From contig CAVRAG010000004.1 in NCBI GenBank assembly GCA_963718895.1, positions 96,001 to 160,000 on the forward strand: a stretch of DNA of 64,000 nt. The letters run 5' to 3'. How positions within the stretch are numbered: the first letter of the stretch is position 1; every line of letters starts with the position of its first letter. Source of the DNA: an uncultured Nitrososphaerota archaeon (lineage in GTDB: Archaea > Thermoproteota > Nitrososphaeria > Nitrososphaerales > Gagatemarchaeaceae). The notes below the pieces were generated by a model. That model saw only the letters and a list, made by a program, of their open reading frames with translations, had not been told where the DNA came from and did no database searches. This document shows, one piece after another, positions 29,366-38,828 of the stretch. Both the position numbers and the translations under genes were made by a program.

Positions 29366-29644
29366 TCACCGCTTCTGGACAGACCTTCGGATTCCCGCGG
29401 CCCTCACCCGGTAGGACGCGGCGGCCCCGAACCCGAACAGCGCGATGACGATCGCGAGTACGACAAAGACAAAGACGTACTGCAGCCAAACCGAGAGCCA
29501 TGCCTGTGGCGCGACGCCGAACGGCATGCCCACTACGAATGAGAACGGAGAGACGAGGACAACCAGCACGAACGTGAGAAGATCTAGGAGGTGGGACGTC
29601 CGCTCAAGGCTCGATGCCAGTCTGGCGTCCTGATTCGCTTCCAA
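29366..29644 (-). CDS. small 2-TM membrane protein
   Basis: two hydrophobic segments and a basic tail. Confidence 0.55.
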   Translation of the reverse strand: MEANQDARLASSLERTSHLLDLLTFVLVVLVSPFSFVVGMPFGVAPQAWLSVWLQYVFVFVVLAIVIALFGFGAAASYRVRAAGIRRSVQKR

Positions 29645-29752
29645 TCCGCGCCCACCGCAGGCGCCTTGTAGATAATCCTAGCTGCGGCAGGCGGCGGATG
29701 TGCAGGGGTGTGACGGCACCTGGGCAGCGCCAGGGTCGTCGTCCTCTGGTTC

Positions 29753-30532
29753 CTAGACCAGTGATTCTTCTTCCGTGAGCACCTTGAGCTTGACTCCGGG
29801 GAAGCTCGTCGAGGTGTGGTGCGAGAGGTCGGAGATCACCTCTTGGCTCTTCGCCTTGCAGTCGTCCAAGAACCGGGTTCGCTCTGGACCCTCCGTCATC
29901 AGCCTTGAGTTCCTTGCGTTGACGTCTTCGAACGACTCGCCCTCCCTTGCATGAAGTGAGACGGGGTTCATCCCTATCGCGAGGGTGAGGCCTGGTTCGT
30001 GCGAGCTATGGACGGGTCTGAACAGGAGGGCGATGTCCAGGAAGAAGAAATCGTTCTTCCCGAAGACGTTGAGACGGATCTCGCGGACCTTCTCGTTCCG
30101 TGACCGGATGAAATCCTCCACCTTCTGCTTGATGAGGGCGAAGTCGGCCGGGTTCCCTGCAACGAAGCGATAGACGGCGTTCCCATCTACCTCGACGGAG
30201 GCGACGTGGACGTCTCCGATCGACCTGAAGAAGTCCGCGGCAGCCTCCACGAATCCGCTCGAGCCTAGCGGCTCCCGGACGGGATGGATTAGGCGCATCA
30301 ACCTGTCGCTGACACCTTCCTTCTCTGGCTGCGGCTCGGTCTGGAGCATCTGCGCCGCTTCGGACGGTTCCGGGCCGGTGACGTCCTGAGAGTAGCCATT
30401 CAGGAGCGCCGAGTAGGGGAACCCCATCCCGCGATAGCCCAGCAGGTTGACACCCATCGGGCTGCTGGAGGGGAGCGAGGCCATGGGACTTATGGTCGAG
30501 CAGTGGGCAGAGGAGTTACAGACCGTGGGCAT
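29753..30532 (-). CDS. hypothetical protein
   Basis: 259-aa ORF; TATA-like TTAATA upstream; no family recognised. Confidence 0.65.
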   Translation of the reverse strand: MPTVCNSSAHCSTISPMASLPSSSPMGVNLLGYRGMGFPYSALLNGYSQDVTGPEPSEAAQMLQTEPQPEKEGVSDRLMRLIHPVREPLGSSGFVEAAADFFRSIGDVHVASVEVDGNAVYRFVAGNPADFALIKQKVEDFIRSRNEKVREIRLNVFGKNDFFFLDIALLFRPVHSSHEPGLTLAIGMNPVSLHAREGESFEDVNARNSRLMTEGPERTRFLDDCKAKSQEVISDLSHHTSTSFPGVKLKVLTEEESLV

Positions 30533-30586
30533 GCTGCCGATCGATGGGGTCTCGCTATTAAGCAGTGGTGTCGAGAGTTCGCAGCC

Positions 30587-31597
30587 TCAATACTTCCTCG
30601 AGGAGAGGTACTCGGAGAGCTCAAGGAGCTTGGTCCGCGTCGCTCCGACATCCGCCGTCTCGAGCAGCCTGCGGGCGTTCTCGGCGTACGACGCTGCTAC
30701 CTGCTGGGCGTATTCGACTGACCTGTGCTCTGAGAGGAGACCCCGCGCCTTCGCGATCTCCGAGTCGGAGAACCCTCCCTTCTTGCCCAGCAGCTCCCGG
30801 AGGAAGCGTCGATCGTCTTCCGAGGACCGCTCGAGCGCATGAATAAGGACTATGTTCTTCTTGCCGCCCCTGATGTCAGCGAAGATGGGTTTGCCGAGGG
30901 TGCCTTCGTCCCCGACGATGTCCAGAATGTCGTCGTGGACCTGGTAGGCCATCCCCAGCCACTCGCCGAAACCGTAGGCGACCTTCACGGTGGCCTCACC
31001 GTCGACCCCTCCCCCGACGATGGCACCGCTCGCCGAAGAGGCCGCGACCAGCGCCCCCGTCTTCATCTTGATCATGTACTCGTAGTCGCTCTGGCTCACG
31101 GAGTCCTTGGCGGCCATCTCGAGGTCAAGGAACTCTCCGAGGACCGCCGCGCCGAACGACTCGCCCAGCAGGTCGAAGAGGACCCTGAGAGTCTCTCCGC
31201 CCGACTTGAGGGCGCCGTACTTGGAGACCTCGCGGGGGACCTGGGCCAGGAGCATGTTTGATGCGAGTATAGCGAACCGCAGTCCGTGCTTCTCCACTAT
31301 CGACTTCTCGCCTCGCCGGGACTGGGACTCATCCAGGATGTCATCCTCCACGAGAGCGGCGGCGTGTGCCAGTTCGTAGGCGACCGCGACCGGGACCGCC
31401 TCCTCGTAGGCGCCGGAGACCGCCTCGCACCACAGCAGGGCGAGCACGGCCCTGACGCGCTTGCCTCCCTCCAGGGCCCCCCTCACCGCCTCTTCCAGCG
31501 AGGAACCTCCGGTCCCGAAGAGCTCCGAGACCCGGGAGTCTATGGCATCGACGTACTTGGTCAGCCAGGCAGGAGGGGAGGATGACGATATTGACAC
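30587..31597 (-). CDS. trans-polyprenyl diphosphate synthase
   Basis: GGKRVR, FARM DDILD...RRG, KT, SARM QVHDDILD. Confidence 0.93.
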   Translation of the reverse strand: MSISSSSPPAWLTKYVDAIDSRVSELFGTGGSSLEEAVRGALEGGKRVRAVLALLWCEAVSGAYEEAVPVAVAYELAHAAALVEDDILDESQSRRGEKSIVEKHGLRFAILASNMLLAQVPREVSKYGALKSGGETLRVLFDLLGESFGAAVLGEFLDLEMAAKDSVSQSDYEYMIKMKTGALVAASSASGAIVGGGVDGEATVKVAYGFGEWLGMAYQVHDDILDIVGDEGTLGKPIFADIRGGKKNIVLIHALERSSEDDRRFLRELLGKKGGFSDSEIAKARGLLSEHRSVEYAQQVAASYAENARRLLETADVGATRTKLLELSEYLSSRKY

Positions 31598-31654
31598 GCT
31601 GGTGCGGTCGTCCTCTCGCGTGGTAAATAGTTTGGGTTGCTCACGGGCTTCTTT

Positions 31655-32626
31655 TCAGTGCTCGACGACTTTGCGAATCGCCTTCAGGACCCTGGGCACG
31701 GTCGGCATGTAGAGGTTCTCGTGGACGTACGGGAACGGGATCCCGAAGCCTCCGACCCGGACCACCGGGGCCTTCAGGTAGTCGAGCGCCTCCTCGGCCA
31801 GGAGCGCGGAGATTTCCGCCCCGTATCCCATAATCTTCTGGGCCTCGTAGACTATCACCACCCTCCCCGTCTTCTTGGCGGAACCCAGGACCGCCTCAAC
31901 GTCCAGCGGCACTAGCGTCCTGAGGTCGACCACCTCGACGTCCACGCCCTCTTCAGAGGCCTTCGACGCAGCGTCCAGGACAGTGGGGACCATCGACCCG
32001 TAGGTGAAGACCGTGACGTCTTCTCCTGCCCTTGCTATCTGGGCCTTGCCTATCGGGACCGTGTACTCCGCCTCCGGGACCTCGGCGCGGAACGACCGGT
32101 AGAGCCTCTTCGGCTCCAGGAAGATGACCGGGTCTTCGTCCCTCATCGCCGAGACCAGGAGCCCCTTGGCGTCGTACGGGTTGGAAGGCACCACGACCTT
32201 CAGGCCAGAGACGTGCGCGAAGAACGACTCCGCGCTCTGGGAGTGGTACGGTCCGCCCTTGATTCCTCCCCCGTACGGAGCCCTGACGACGACGGGCGCT
32301 GAGTACTCGCCGCCCGACCTGTACCTTATCTTCGAGAGCTCCGAGATTATCTGATCGAAGGCGGGGTAGACGAAGTCGAGGAACTCTATCTCGGCCACCG
32401 GCCTCATCCCGTATAGAGCCAGCCCGATGGAGACGCCTATCACCCCGCTCTCGTTGAGCGGCGTGTCCATCACCCTGGCCGGCCCGAACTCGGAGTGTAG
32501 GCCCTCCGTGGCGCGGAAGACGCCGCCGTTCCTGCCGACATCCTCCCCGAGGATCACCACCTGCTGGTTCCTCTCCATCTCGTCTCTCAGGGCAGAGTTT
32601 ATCGCCTGTACGATCGTCATCTGCAC
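31655..32626 (-). CDS. 2-oxoacid dehydrogenase E1 beta subunit
   Basis: GEDVGRNGGVFRATEGL, DTPLNE, HSQS, FLEPKRLY, DLRTL. Confidence 0.95.
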   Translation of the reverse strand: MQMTIVQAINSALRDEMERNQQVVILGEDVGRNGGVFRATEGLHSEFGPARVMDTPLNESGVIGVSIGLALYGMRPVAEIEFLDFVYPAFDQIISELSKIRYRSGGEYSAPVVVRAPYGGGIKGGPYHSQSAESFFAHVSGLKVVVPSNPYDAKGLLVSAMRDEDPVIFLEPKRLYRSFRAEVPEAEYTVPIGKAQIARAGEDVTVFTYGSMVPTVLDAASKASEEGVDVEVVDLRTLVPLDVEAVLGSAKKTGRVVIVYEAQKIMGYGAEISALLAEEALDYLKAPVVRVGGFGIPFPYVHENLYMPTVPRVLKAIRKVVEH

Positions 32627-32628
32627 GC

Positions 32629-33681
32629 TCAGTACCCACCTACCTCTTCGGAGAGCTCGTCGGCCTCTGCGCGGAGGTTCAAGGGCTGTTCCGCGTAGAC
32701 GTCGTCGAAGAGGCTCCTCACGTCCGGATGGGGGAACTTCTCCGCCCTGGCGACCGCCTCCTTCACCTGATCGTGCATGGACTGCCTGGCGTCCGACTCA
32801 TCTTCGTCGGTCCAGACCCCCCGTCCCCGAAGATACCGTCCGAACCTCATGATCGGGTCCTTGGTCCTCATCAGTTCGACTTCCCTCGAGTCCCTGTAGC
32901 GCGAAGGATCGTCCGAGGTCGAGTGAGCCCCCATCCTGTAGGTGACGGCCTCTATCAGCGTCGGACCTCCTCCCTTTCGGGCCTTCTCCAGCGCCATCTT
33001 CGTCGCGGCATAGACGGCAACGACGTCGTTGCCGTCGACCCTGACGCCCTCGATGTTGTAGGCGGACGCCTTTATCGCCAGTGACTCGGTCGCGGTCTGC
33101 TGGGTCACGGGGAGAGATATGGCGTAGCCGTTGTTCCTGCAGAAGAAGACCGTCGGTGTCTTGAAGACGGCGGCGAAGTTGAGCGCGCTGTGGAAGTCGT
33201 TGCTGGATGTCCCGCCATCGCCGAAGTACGCAATGGTGGCGATGTCGTCGCCCCTGATCTTCGCGGCCAGCGCGACTCCCACCGCGTGAGGGAGCTGGGT
33301 GCAGAGAGGCGACGAAGGTGTCACCGTGTTGAGCGCCCGGCTCCCAAAGTGGGAGGGCATCGACCTGCCCTTTGAAAGGTCCTGTGAGCTCCCCATGAGC
33401 TGAGCTAGGAGGATGTCCAGTGCCATCCCTCTCGCTATCATGACTCCGGAGGCCCTGTAGTCTGGGAAGATCCAATCGGTGGCTCTGAGCGCCAGCGCGC
33501 TCCCGACCTCGGCGGCTTCTTCCCCTTCACATGGGACGTAGAAACCGATCCTCCCCTGTCTCTGAAGGTTCACCGCCTGAGAATCGAAGGTCCGCGTGAG
33601 TAGCATCAGCTCGTAGAAACGCCGCAGTTGAGCTATCGGGACCTCTTCCGACCTCTCAGCATCAACCGCGATGTTGGCCAT
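32629..33681 (-). CDS. 2-oxoacid dehydrogenase E1 alpha subunit
   Basis: LQRQGRIGFY, TPP motif GDG...NN, YRMGAHSTSDDPSRYR. Confidence 0.95.
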   Translation of the reverse strand: MANIAVDAERSEEVPIAQLRRFYELMLLTRTFDSQAVNLQRQGRIGFYVPCEGEEAAEVGSALALRATDWIFPDYRASGVMIARGMALDILLAQLMGSSQDLSKGRSMPSHFGSRALNTVTPSSPLCTQLPHAVGVALAAKIRGDDIATIAYFGDGGTSSNDFHSALNFAAVFKTPTVFFCRNNGYAISLPVTQQTATESLAIKASAYNIEGVRVDGNDVVAVYAATKMALEKARKGGGPTLIEAVTYRMGAHSTSDDPSRYRDSREVELMRTKDPIMRFGRYLRGRGVWTDEDESDARQSMHDQVKEAVARAEKFPHPDVRSLFDDVYAEQPLNLRAEADELSEEVGGY

Positions 33682-33765
33682 CGACCTCTCGCAGGAGGCG
33701 AATCCGTAAAAGACTTATGACACAGATAGGATAAATATACCATCTTTGACACAAGCGAGACGATT

Positions 33766-34437
33766 TTGCCACATACAACCAGCATCGTCGAGCGGATAAT
33801 CGAGAGCGATGGGGCGATAAGGAAGGACCTCGGCCGTGGCCTTCTTAACGTCCGGGCTCTGGCGAGGTATGTACAGAAGGAGGCCGGGCTCGAGGGAGAC
33901 GAACTCTCGATTGAGGCAGTGATTGGGGCAATAAGGCGGTACGACGTTGGAGCGAGGGTCGCCGCTCATGAGAGCACGGGGCAGCTGTTCAAGAAGCTGA
34001 CGATGAGGAACAAGATAGTGGACCTGGCGATACTCAACGACCCCGAGATTACGGCCGCGCTCGGGAAGTTCGCATCGACTATCGACTACGGCATGGGAGA
34101 GACCTTCAGGCTCGTCTCAGGCGTGGAGTCGATACGCGTCGTGATAGACGAGAAGAACCTTGAGAAGATGAGGAGCATCATACCGAAGAAGAACATCCCG
34201 AAGATCGTGACAGGGCTCTCGGAGATAATCGTCTCGATGTCGCAGGTCGCCGACACGACCCCCGGAGTCGTCTCCACCGTAACCACCGAGCTCGCCATGA
34301 ACGGAATAAACATGGTGGAGTTCATGAGCTGCGTCCCCGAGTTGATCATCGTCGTCGACGAAAGAGACGCCCTCAGGAGCTACGACGCCATCGAGAAGCT
34401 GAGCAGGAATCCCGCGGGGATGCACCCTAAGACTTAA
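33766..34437 (+). CDS. archaeal ACT-domain protein with N-terminal HTH-like region
   Basis: GLLNVRALARY...AIRRY; TPGVV...LAMNGINMVE..SC..E ACT-like C-terminus. Confidence 0.8.
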   Translation: MPHTTSIVERIIESDGAIRKDLGRGLLNVRALARYVQKEAGLEGDELSIEAVIGAIRRYDVGARVAAHESTGQLFKKLTMRNKIVDLAILNDPEITAALGKFASTIDYGMGETFRLVSGVESIRVVIDEKNLEKMRSIIPKKNIPKIVTGLSEIIVSMSQVADTTPGVVSTVTTELAMNGINMVEFMSCVPELIIVVDERDALRSYDAIEKLSRNPAGMHPKT

Positions 34438-34470
34438 CACCGGGCGAAGGGCATCGGCGGACGGCGAAGC

Positions 34471-34728
34471 ATGAGCAGGTCTCCGACGCTGTTCGACAAT
34501 ATCCGCAACGTACTGATTATTGTTCTCGTCTTCTTCGTGGCGCTGCTCTTCTCTGGATTCATCCTCGGCCCGATTATCACGCTCCTCTTCTTCCTATTCC
34601 AGTACTACTATAGGAAGTCGAAGGACCTGGAGAGGCGGTTGGCGGACGTGGCCGGCGGGAAGACCGAGAGAGAGTCCAACGCTCCTCCGCCTTCCTCGAT
34701 TCCCCCACCTCCCTCCACCGATGCCTGA
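34471..34728 (+). CDS. small membrane protein
   Basis: hydrophobic hairpin and Pro-rich tail. Confidence 0.6.
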   Translation: MSRSPTLFDNIRNVLIIVLVFFVALLFSGFILGPIITLLFFLFQYYYRKSKDLERRLADVAGGKTERESNAPPPSSIPPPPSTDA

Positions 34729-34736
34729 CTCCAGAA

Positions 34737-35189
34737 TCAGCTCGATTTGAGATCCAGGGTCATGACCAGAGCATCTTCCCCGTCGGGGTAGTACCTCCTC
34801 ACCTTCCCTTCTTCCCTGAAGGAGAACTGTCGATAGAGGTCTATCGCCGCCGAGTTGCCGACGCGCACCTGCAGGGAGACCCTCTCTGTCCCTCGGCTGA
34901 GATACCGGAGGACCGCGCCCATCAGCGCGCGACCGATACCCTCCCTCCTGCGTCTCGCGGAGACCGCCAGGGAGAAGATGAGTCCGTACCGGGCCGAGGA
35001 CGCGACATAGCCCAGAACCTCGGTGCCATCCCCCGCCACCAGGAAGCCTCCGGGTTCCGACAGTAGGAGCTGCGAGAATATCTCTCTGTCGTAGGGGTCA
35101 GGGAAGGACTCCTCCTCGATTTTCAGGACGCCGTCCAGGTCCCCCTCGGTGCACCTCCTGATGTGGTAGGATGGCTCGGCTTCAGGCAA
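34737..35189 (-). CDS. rimI: RimI/Ard1-like GNAT N-acetyltransferase
   Basis: SLAV...RREGIG, LQVRVGNSAAIDLY, RYYPDGEDALVM; start probably TTG 35189. Confidence 0.85.
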   Translation of the reverse strand: MPEAEPSYHIRRCTEGDLDGVLKIEEESFPDPYDREIFSQLLLSEPGGFLVAGDGTEVLGYVASSARYGLIFSLAVSARRRREGIGRALMGAVLRYLSRGTERVSLQVRVGNSAAIDLYRQFSFREEGKVRRYYPDGEDALVMTLDLKSS

Positions 35190-35335
35190 GGTCTCGCCGG
35201 TGCCGGCCGTCGGAGCGCCGACATTAATGCTCCTGCCAGACCCTAGACTGCTATGATCCCGCTGCGGTGCCGAGCACCCTGCAGAAATGTGTCTCAACAT
35301 ATATAGCCAAACAATCGGCTGACTCGAGAACGCCG

Positions 35336-36085
35336 TTGACCTCCGGGGCCGCCATCACGATGAAGGCGCTCACGAAGAGGTACGGCCCCAGGGTCGTAGT
35401 CAACGATTTCTCCCTCGAGATCATGTCGGGCGGTGTCTACGGGTTGCTGGGCCCCAACGGAGCCGGCAAGACGACCATCGTCCGGATGCTGTCCACCATC
35501 GTCAAGCCCACTTCCGGAAGCGCCTCGGTGAACGGATTCGACGTCCTGACCCAGCCCAAAGAGGTGAGGGAGAGCATAGGAGCGCTCCCCGAGGACACAG
35601 GTCTGTACGACCGGCTCAATCCGGTGGAGACGCTGAGGTTCTACGGGGGAATGCAGGGACTGAGCGGAGAGAAGCTGGAGGCGAGGATAGACGAGCTGCT
35701 CCACCTTCTCGAGCTTGACGAGAGGAGGAAGGACAGGGTAGCCACGTTCTCCAGGGGGATGAGGCAGAAGCTGGCGCTCGCCCGGGCCCTGATCCACGAC
35801 CCGCCGATACTCCTCCTCGACGAGCCGACGCTTGGGCTGGACGTGATGTCGACGCGCGCCATCAGGGACTACACGAAAGACATGGCAAGGAGGGGCAAGA
35901 CCGTCCTCCTCAACACCAACAACATGTACGAGGCGCAGCTGCTCTGCGACAGCCTGACCATAATCAGCAACGGGGTCATCAAGGCCAGCGGGACGGTCGG
36001 GGACCTTGAGGTTCTCGCCGAGACGAAGGGGCTGGAAGAGGTGTTCATCCATCTGGTGAGGAGCGACAATGGTCTCGAGAGCTAG
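35336..36085 (+). CDS. ABC exporter ATP-binding subunit (NatA-like)
   Basis: GPNGAGKT, FSRGMRQ, LLLDEPT; H-loop reads NTN. Confidence 0.93.
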   Translation: MTSGAAITMKALTKRYGPRVVVNDFSLEIMSGGVYGLLGPNGAGKTTIVRMLSTIVKPTSGSASVNGFDVLTQPKEVRESIGALPEDTGLYDRLNPVETLRFYGGMQGLSGEKLEARIDELLHLLELDERRKDRVATFSRGMRQKLALARALIHDPPILLLDEPTLGLDVMSTRAIRDYTKDMARRGKTVLLNTNNMYEAQLLCDSLTIISNGVIKASGTVGDLEVLAETKGLEEVFIHLVRSDNGLES

Positions 36086-37256
36086 GGTAGTGCGCCTCAT
36101 CGTCTCGAAGGAGCTTCTCGACATGGTCAGGGACAGGCGCACGATAGTCACGGCCCTCGTCCTGCCCCTGCTCGCCTTCCCCCTGCTATTCGGGGTGATG
36201 GGCTATCTCTCGAACCCCACGGCTAACCCCTCGCCCGTCTACGTCGTCAACCTTGACAACGGGAGCTACTCGGCGGCCCTGACCAAGGACCTGCAGAACA
36301 CGACGGGGCTGAGCATCACTGTCGTAGGCTCCGGGAACGTCACGGCCGAGGTCCAGAGCGGTCGGTACGACGTGGGCCTGACAATCCCCGCGAGCTTCTC
36401 GTCGTCCATGTCAGGAGGAGGGCAGGTCAACCTGACGCTGTTCTATGAACAGACCAACGGTCGCGCTCTCCAGGGAGTCTCGATAATCGACGGCGTCGTC
36501 ACATCGCTCTCCCAGCAGATCTCCTCCGCCCGACTGGCGGTCAAGGGCGTCACGGGCGCGGAGCTGAACCCAATCGGAGTCATCACGAGCCAGGTCGGGA
36601 AGAGCGAGAGCGCTTCGCTCCTGATCACGGCCGACCTCTTCCCGAGCTTCCTGCTCTACTTCACTTTCCTGGGCGCGTTCTACTTCATGGTCGACGACAT
36701 CGCCGGGGAGAAGGAGAGAAGGAGCCTGGAGGCGCTGTTCACCCTGCCCCCTACCAGGGCCACGATCTTCCTCGGCAAGTACACCGTCGCCTTCCTGCTG
36801 GCAATGGTCACCACGATCCTGGGTCTCGTCGGGACCCTCTTCAGCCTCAGCGAACTGAACATAGGCGGGGCCGGCTCGGTCTCGCTGCCCCTGATCTTCT
36901 ATCCTGAAGTGATCGCCGTGGTCGCGCTCGCCGCGCTCTCGATGTGCGCACTGGGCTTCTGCATTTCCACCTTCGCGAAGAACATCAGGGAGGCGCAGCA
37001 GTACCTGAGCCCCCTCTTCTTCATCTTCTTCCTTCCGCTCTATTTCACCTTCTCGCTGCCCTCGAGCCAGCTCTCGCAGTACGCCTCGATACCTGTGGTG
37101 GGCTTCACTCTCCTGATCCGGGACATAGTCCTCGGGACGGCGACGCTGGCCGAGGTCGGCTCGGCTGTCTTGGTGAACGTTGTCTTCCTCGCTGTCCTTC
37201 TCTGGGTCGGTATGAGGCTGCTGAACTCGGAGAAGATAATCCTGAGGAGCGGCTAG
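36069..37256 (+). CDS. ABC-2 permease (NatB-like)
   Basis: KELLDMVRDRR, IAGEKERRSLEAL, AKNIREAQ. Confidence 0.9.
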   Translation: MVSRARVVRLIVSKELLDMVRDRRTIVTALVLPLLAFPLLFGVMGYLSNPTANPSPVYVVNLDNGSYSAALTKDLQNTTGLSITVVGSGNVTAEVQSGRYDVGLTIPASFSSSMSGGGQVNLTLFYEQTNGRALQGVSIIDGVVTSLSQQISSARLAVKGVTGAELNPIGVITSQVGKSESASLLITADLFPSFLLYFTFLGAFYFMVDDIAGEKERRSLEALFTLPPTRATIFLGKYTVAFLLAMVTTILGLVGTLFSLSELNIGGAGSVSLPLIFYPEVIAVVALAALSMCALGFCISTFAKNIREAQQYLSPLFFIFFLPLYFTFSLPSSQLSQYASIPVVGFTLLIRDIVLGTATLAEVGSAVLVNVVFLAVLLWVGMRLLNSEKIILRSG

Positions 37257-37726
37257 GGTGCCTTCGCAAACTCTGCGACGACGGCGCCGAGCAGCCTCGT
37301 AAGGTCCTCTCTCTTGATGAGCACGCTCTTGGTCAGTACACCGATGTTGAAGTTGACGTGCTCGTTCTCCAGCACAGACGAGTCTAGGAAGGTCGGGAGG
37401 CCGAACAGGCCCCCGAAGGGGTGGACGGACCCGGGCTCGCACCTCGTGACCGCGATGACCTCATCCCTGGTGGCAAGATGCAGCTTCTTCGTCTTCGAGA
37501 GCTCTTGCAGCTTCTTGATGTCGGCCTTGCGGTCTGCGGCGAGGTCCGCGAGCAGGTAGCGCCCGTCGTCCGACTTCATCACCAGCGCCTTCACCCCGGT
37601 CCTGAGCTCCACCCCGCGCACCCGGGAGGCCTCCTCCGAGGTGTAGACCGGTTCGTGCTCGTAGAGCCGGTACTCGACCCCCTCCTTCCTGAAGAGGTCC
37701 AGCAGTTTCCTCATCTCTTCTTCCAT
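37253..37726 (-). CDS. YbaK/ProX aminoacyl-tRNA editing family protein
   Basis: HEPVYTSEEA, VKAL, PGSVHPFG. Confidence 0.9.
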   Translation of the reverse strand: MEEEMRKLLDLFRKEGVEYRLYEHEPVYTSEEASRVRGVELRTGVKALVMKSDDGRYLLADLAADRKADIKKLQELSKTKKLHLATRDEVIAVTRCEPGSVHPFGGLFGLPTFLDSSVLENEHVNFNIGVLTKSVLIKREDLTRLLGAVVAEFAKAP

Positions 37727-37754
37727 CCCAGCTCACCATCAGGACCTAGGCAGC

Positions 37755-38759
37755 CTAGTGGCTCGGGAGAGGCGAGAGGCCAATGTAGTCGGCCTTGTCG
37801 ACCACCCTTTGGATAGGCTCCCCGTTGAGATAGCGGATCACGTTCTCGAAGGCGTGCTCCTGGCCCAGTTCCATCGCCTCCGGCACGGCGTCTGCGTTGT
37901 GTGGCGAGGCGAGGAAGTTCGGGAGGTCGAAGAAGGGGAAGTCCAGCGAAAACCTCTCGCCCTGCTTTGGGTACCTCCACCACACGTCGATTCCGGCCCT
38001 AAATCGGGGATGAGCCTTGAGGTGCGCGTAGAGGGCCTCCTGGGCGATGATACCTCCTCTGGCGACATTGACGAGGATGCAATCCTCCTTCATGAGGCCG
38101 AGTTCCCGAGCGTTCAGGAGGTGCTTGGTCTGCTTGTTCAGCGGGAGCGAGACCACAACGATGTCTGCCTGCTTCAAGACGTCGCCAAGGCGATCCATCT
38201 TCCAGACGATGTCAAAGTTCTCGACGGGGCGTCCCGAGGTGTTTATTCCCACGGTCCTCATGTTGAAGGACTTCGCCACCCGCGCAACCGACTGGCCTAT
38301 CCCTCCGGCTCCGATGATTCCGATCGTCTTCCTCCGGAGGAAGATTCCGTCCTCGGGGTGGTCAAGGATGCCTTCGCGGAGTCGTTCGTGGTTGCGGACC
38401 AGGTTCCTCCCGAAGTACAGGACCATCGCGAAGACGTGTTCGGCTATCGGTCCTCCGTAGGCACCGCCATTGGAGCAGACGGTGACCTGAGGAGGTATGG
38501 CGGAGAAATCTATGAAGTCGACCCCTGCCGACATCGACTGGAGGACCTTGATGTTCGGCATCTCCTCGAAGAGTTTCTTGGTTATCATCGCGCTACGGTA
38601 CATTATGAGCACCTCCACCTCCTTCCTCTCGGAGTCGCCCAGTTTGTCAATGGAAAGCACGGCGTATTCTCCGTTGCCAGCGCCCGCGACCTTCGTCGCG
38701 AGGCCCTCCGGAATCGACATGTCCGTAGCTATGATCTTCTTTCTTTCAGCCACACCCAT
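37755..38759 (-). CDS. D-isomer-specific 2-hydroxyacid dehydrogenase
   Basis: SAGVD, IAEH, GAGGIG, VNVARG, DVWW, SPHNA. Confidence 0.93.
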   Translation of the reverse strand: MGVAERKKIIATDMSIPEGLATKVAGAGNGEYAVLSIDKLGDSERKEVEVLIMYRSAMITKKLFEEMPNIKVLQSMSAGVDFIDFSAIPPQVTVCSNGGAYGGPIAEHVFAMVLYFGRNLVRNHERLREGILDHPEDGIFLRRKTIGIIGAGGIGQSVARVAKSFNMRTVGINTSGRPVENFDIVWKMDRLGDVLKQADIVVVSLPLNKQTKHLLNARELGLMKEDCILVNVARGGIIAQEALYAHLKAHPRFRAGIDVWWRYPKQGERFSLDFPFFDLPNFLASPHNADAVPEAMELGQEHAFENVIRYLNGEPIQRVVDKADYIGLSPLPSH

Positions 38760-38828
38760 TTCCCCTTCCCCGTTCTATTTATCCGTGGTTGACGTCCCGA
38801 CGAAGACCCGGAGGACTGCGAACCCTCG

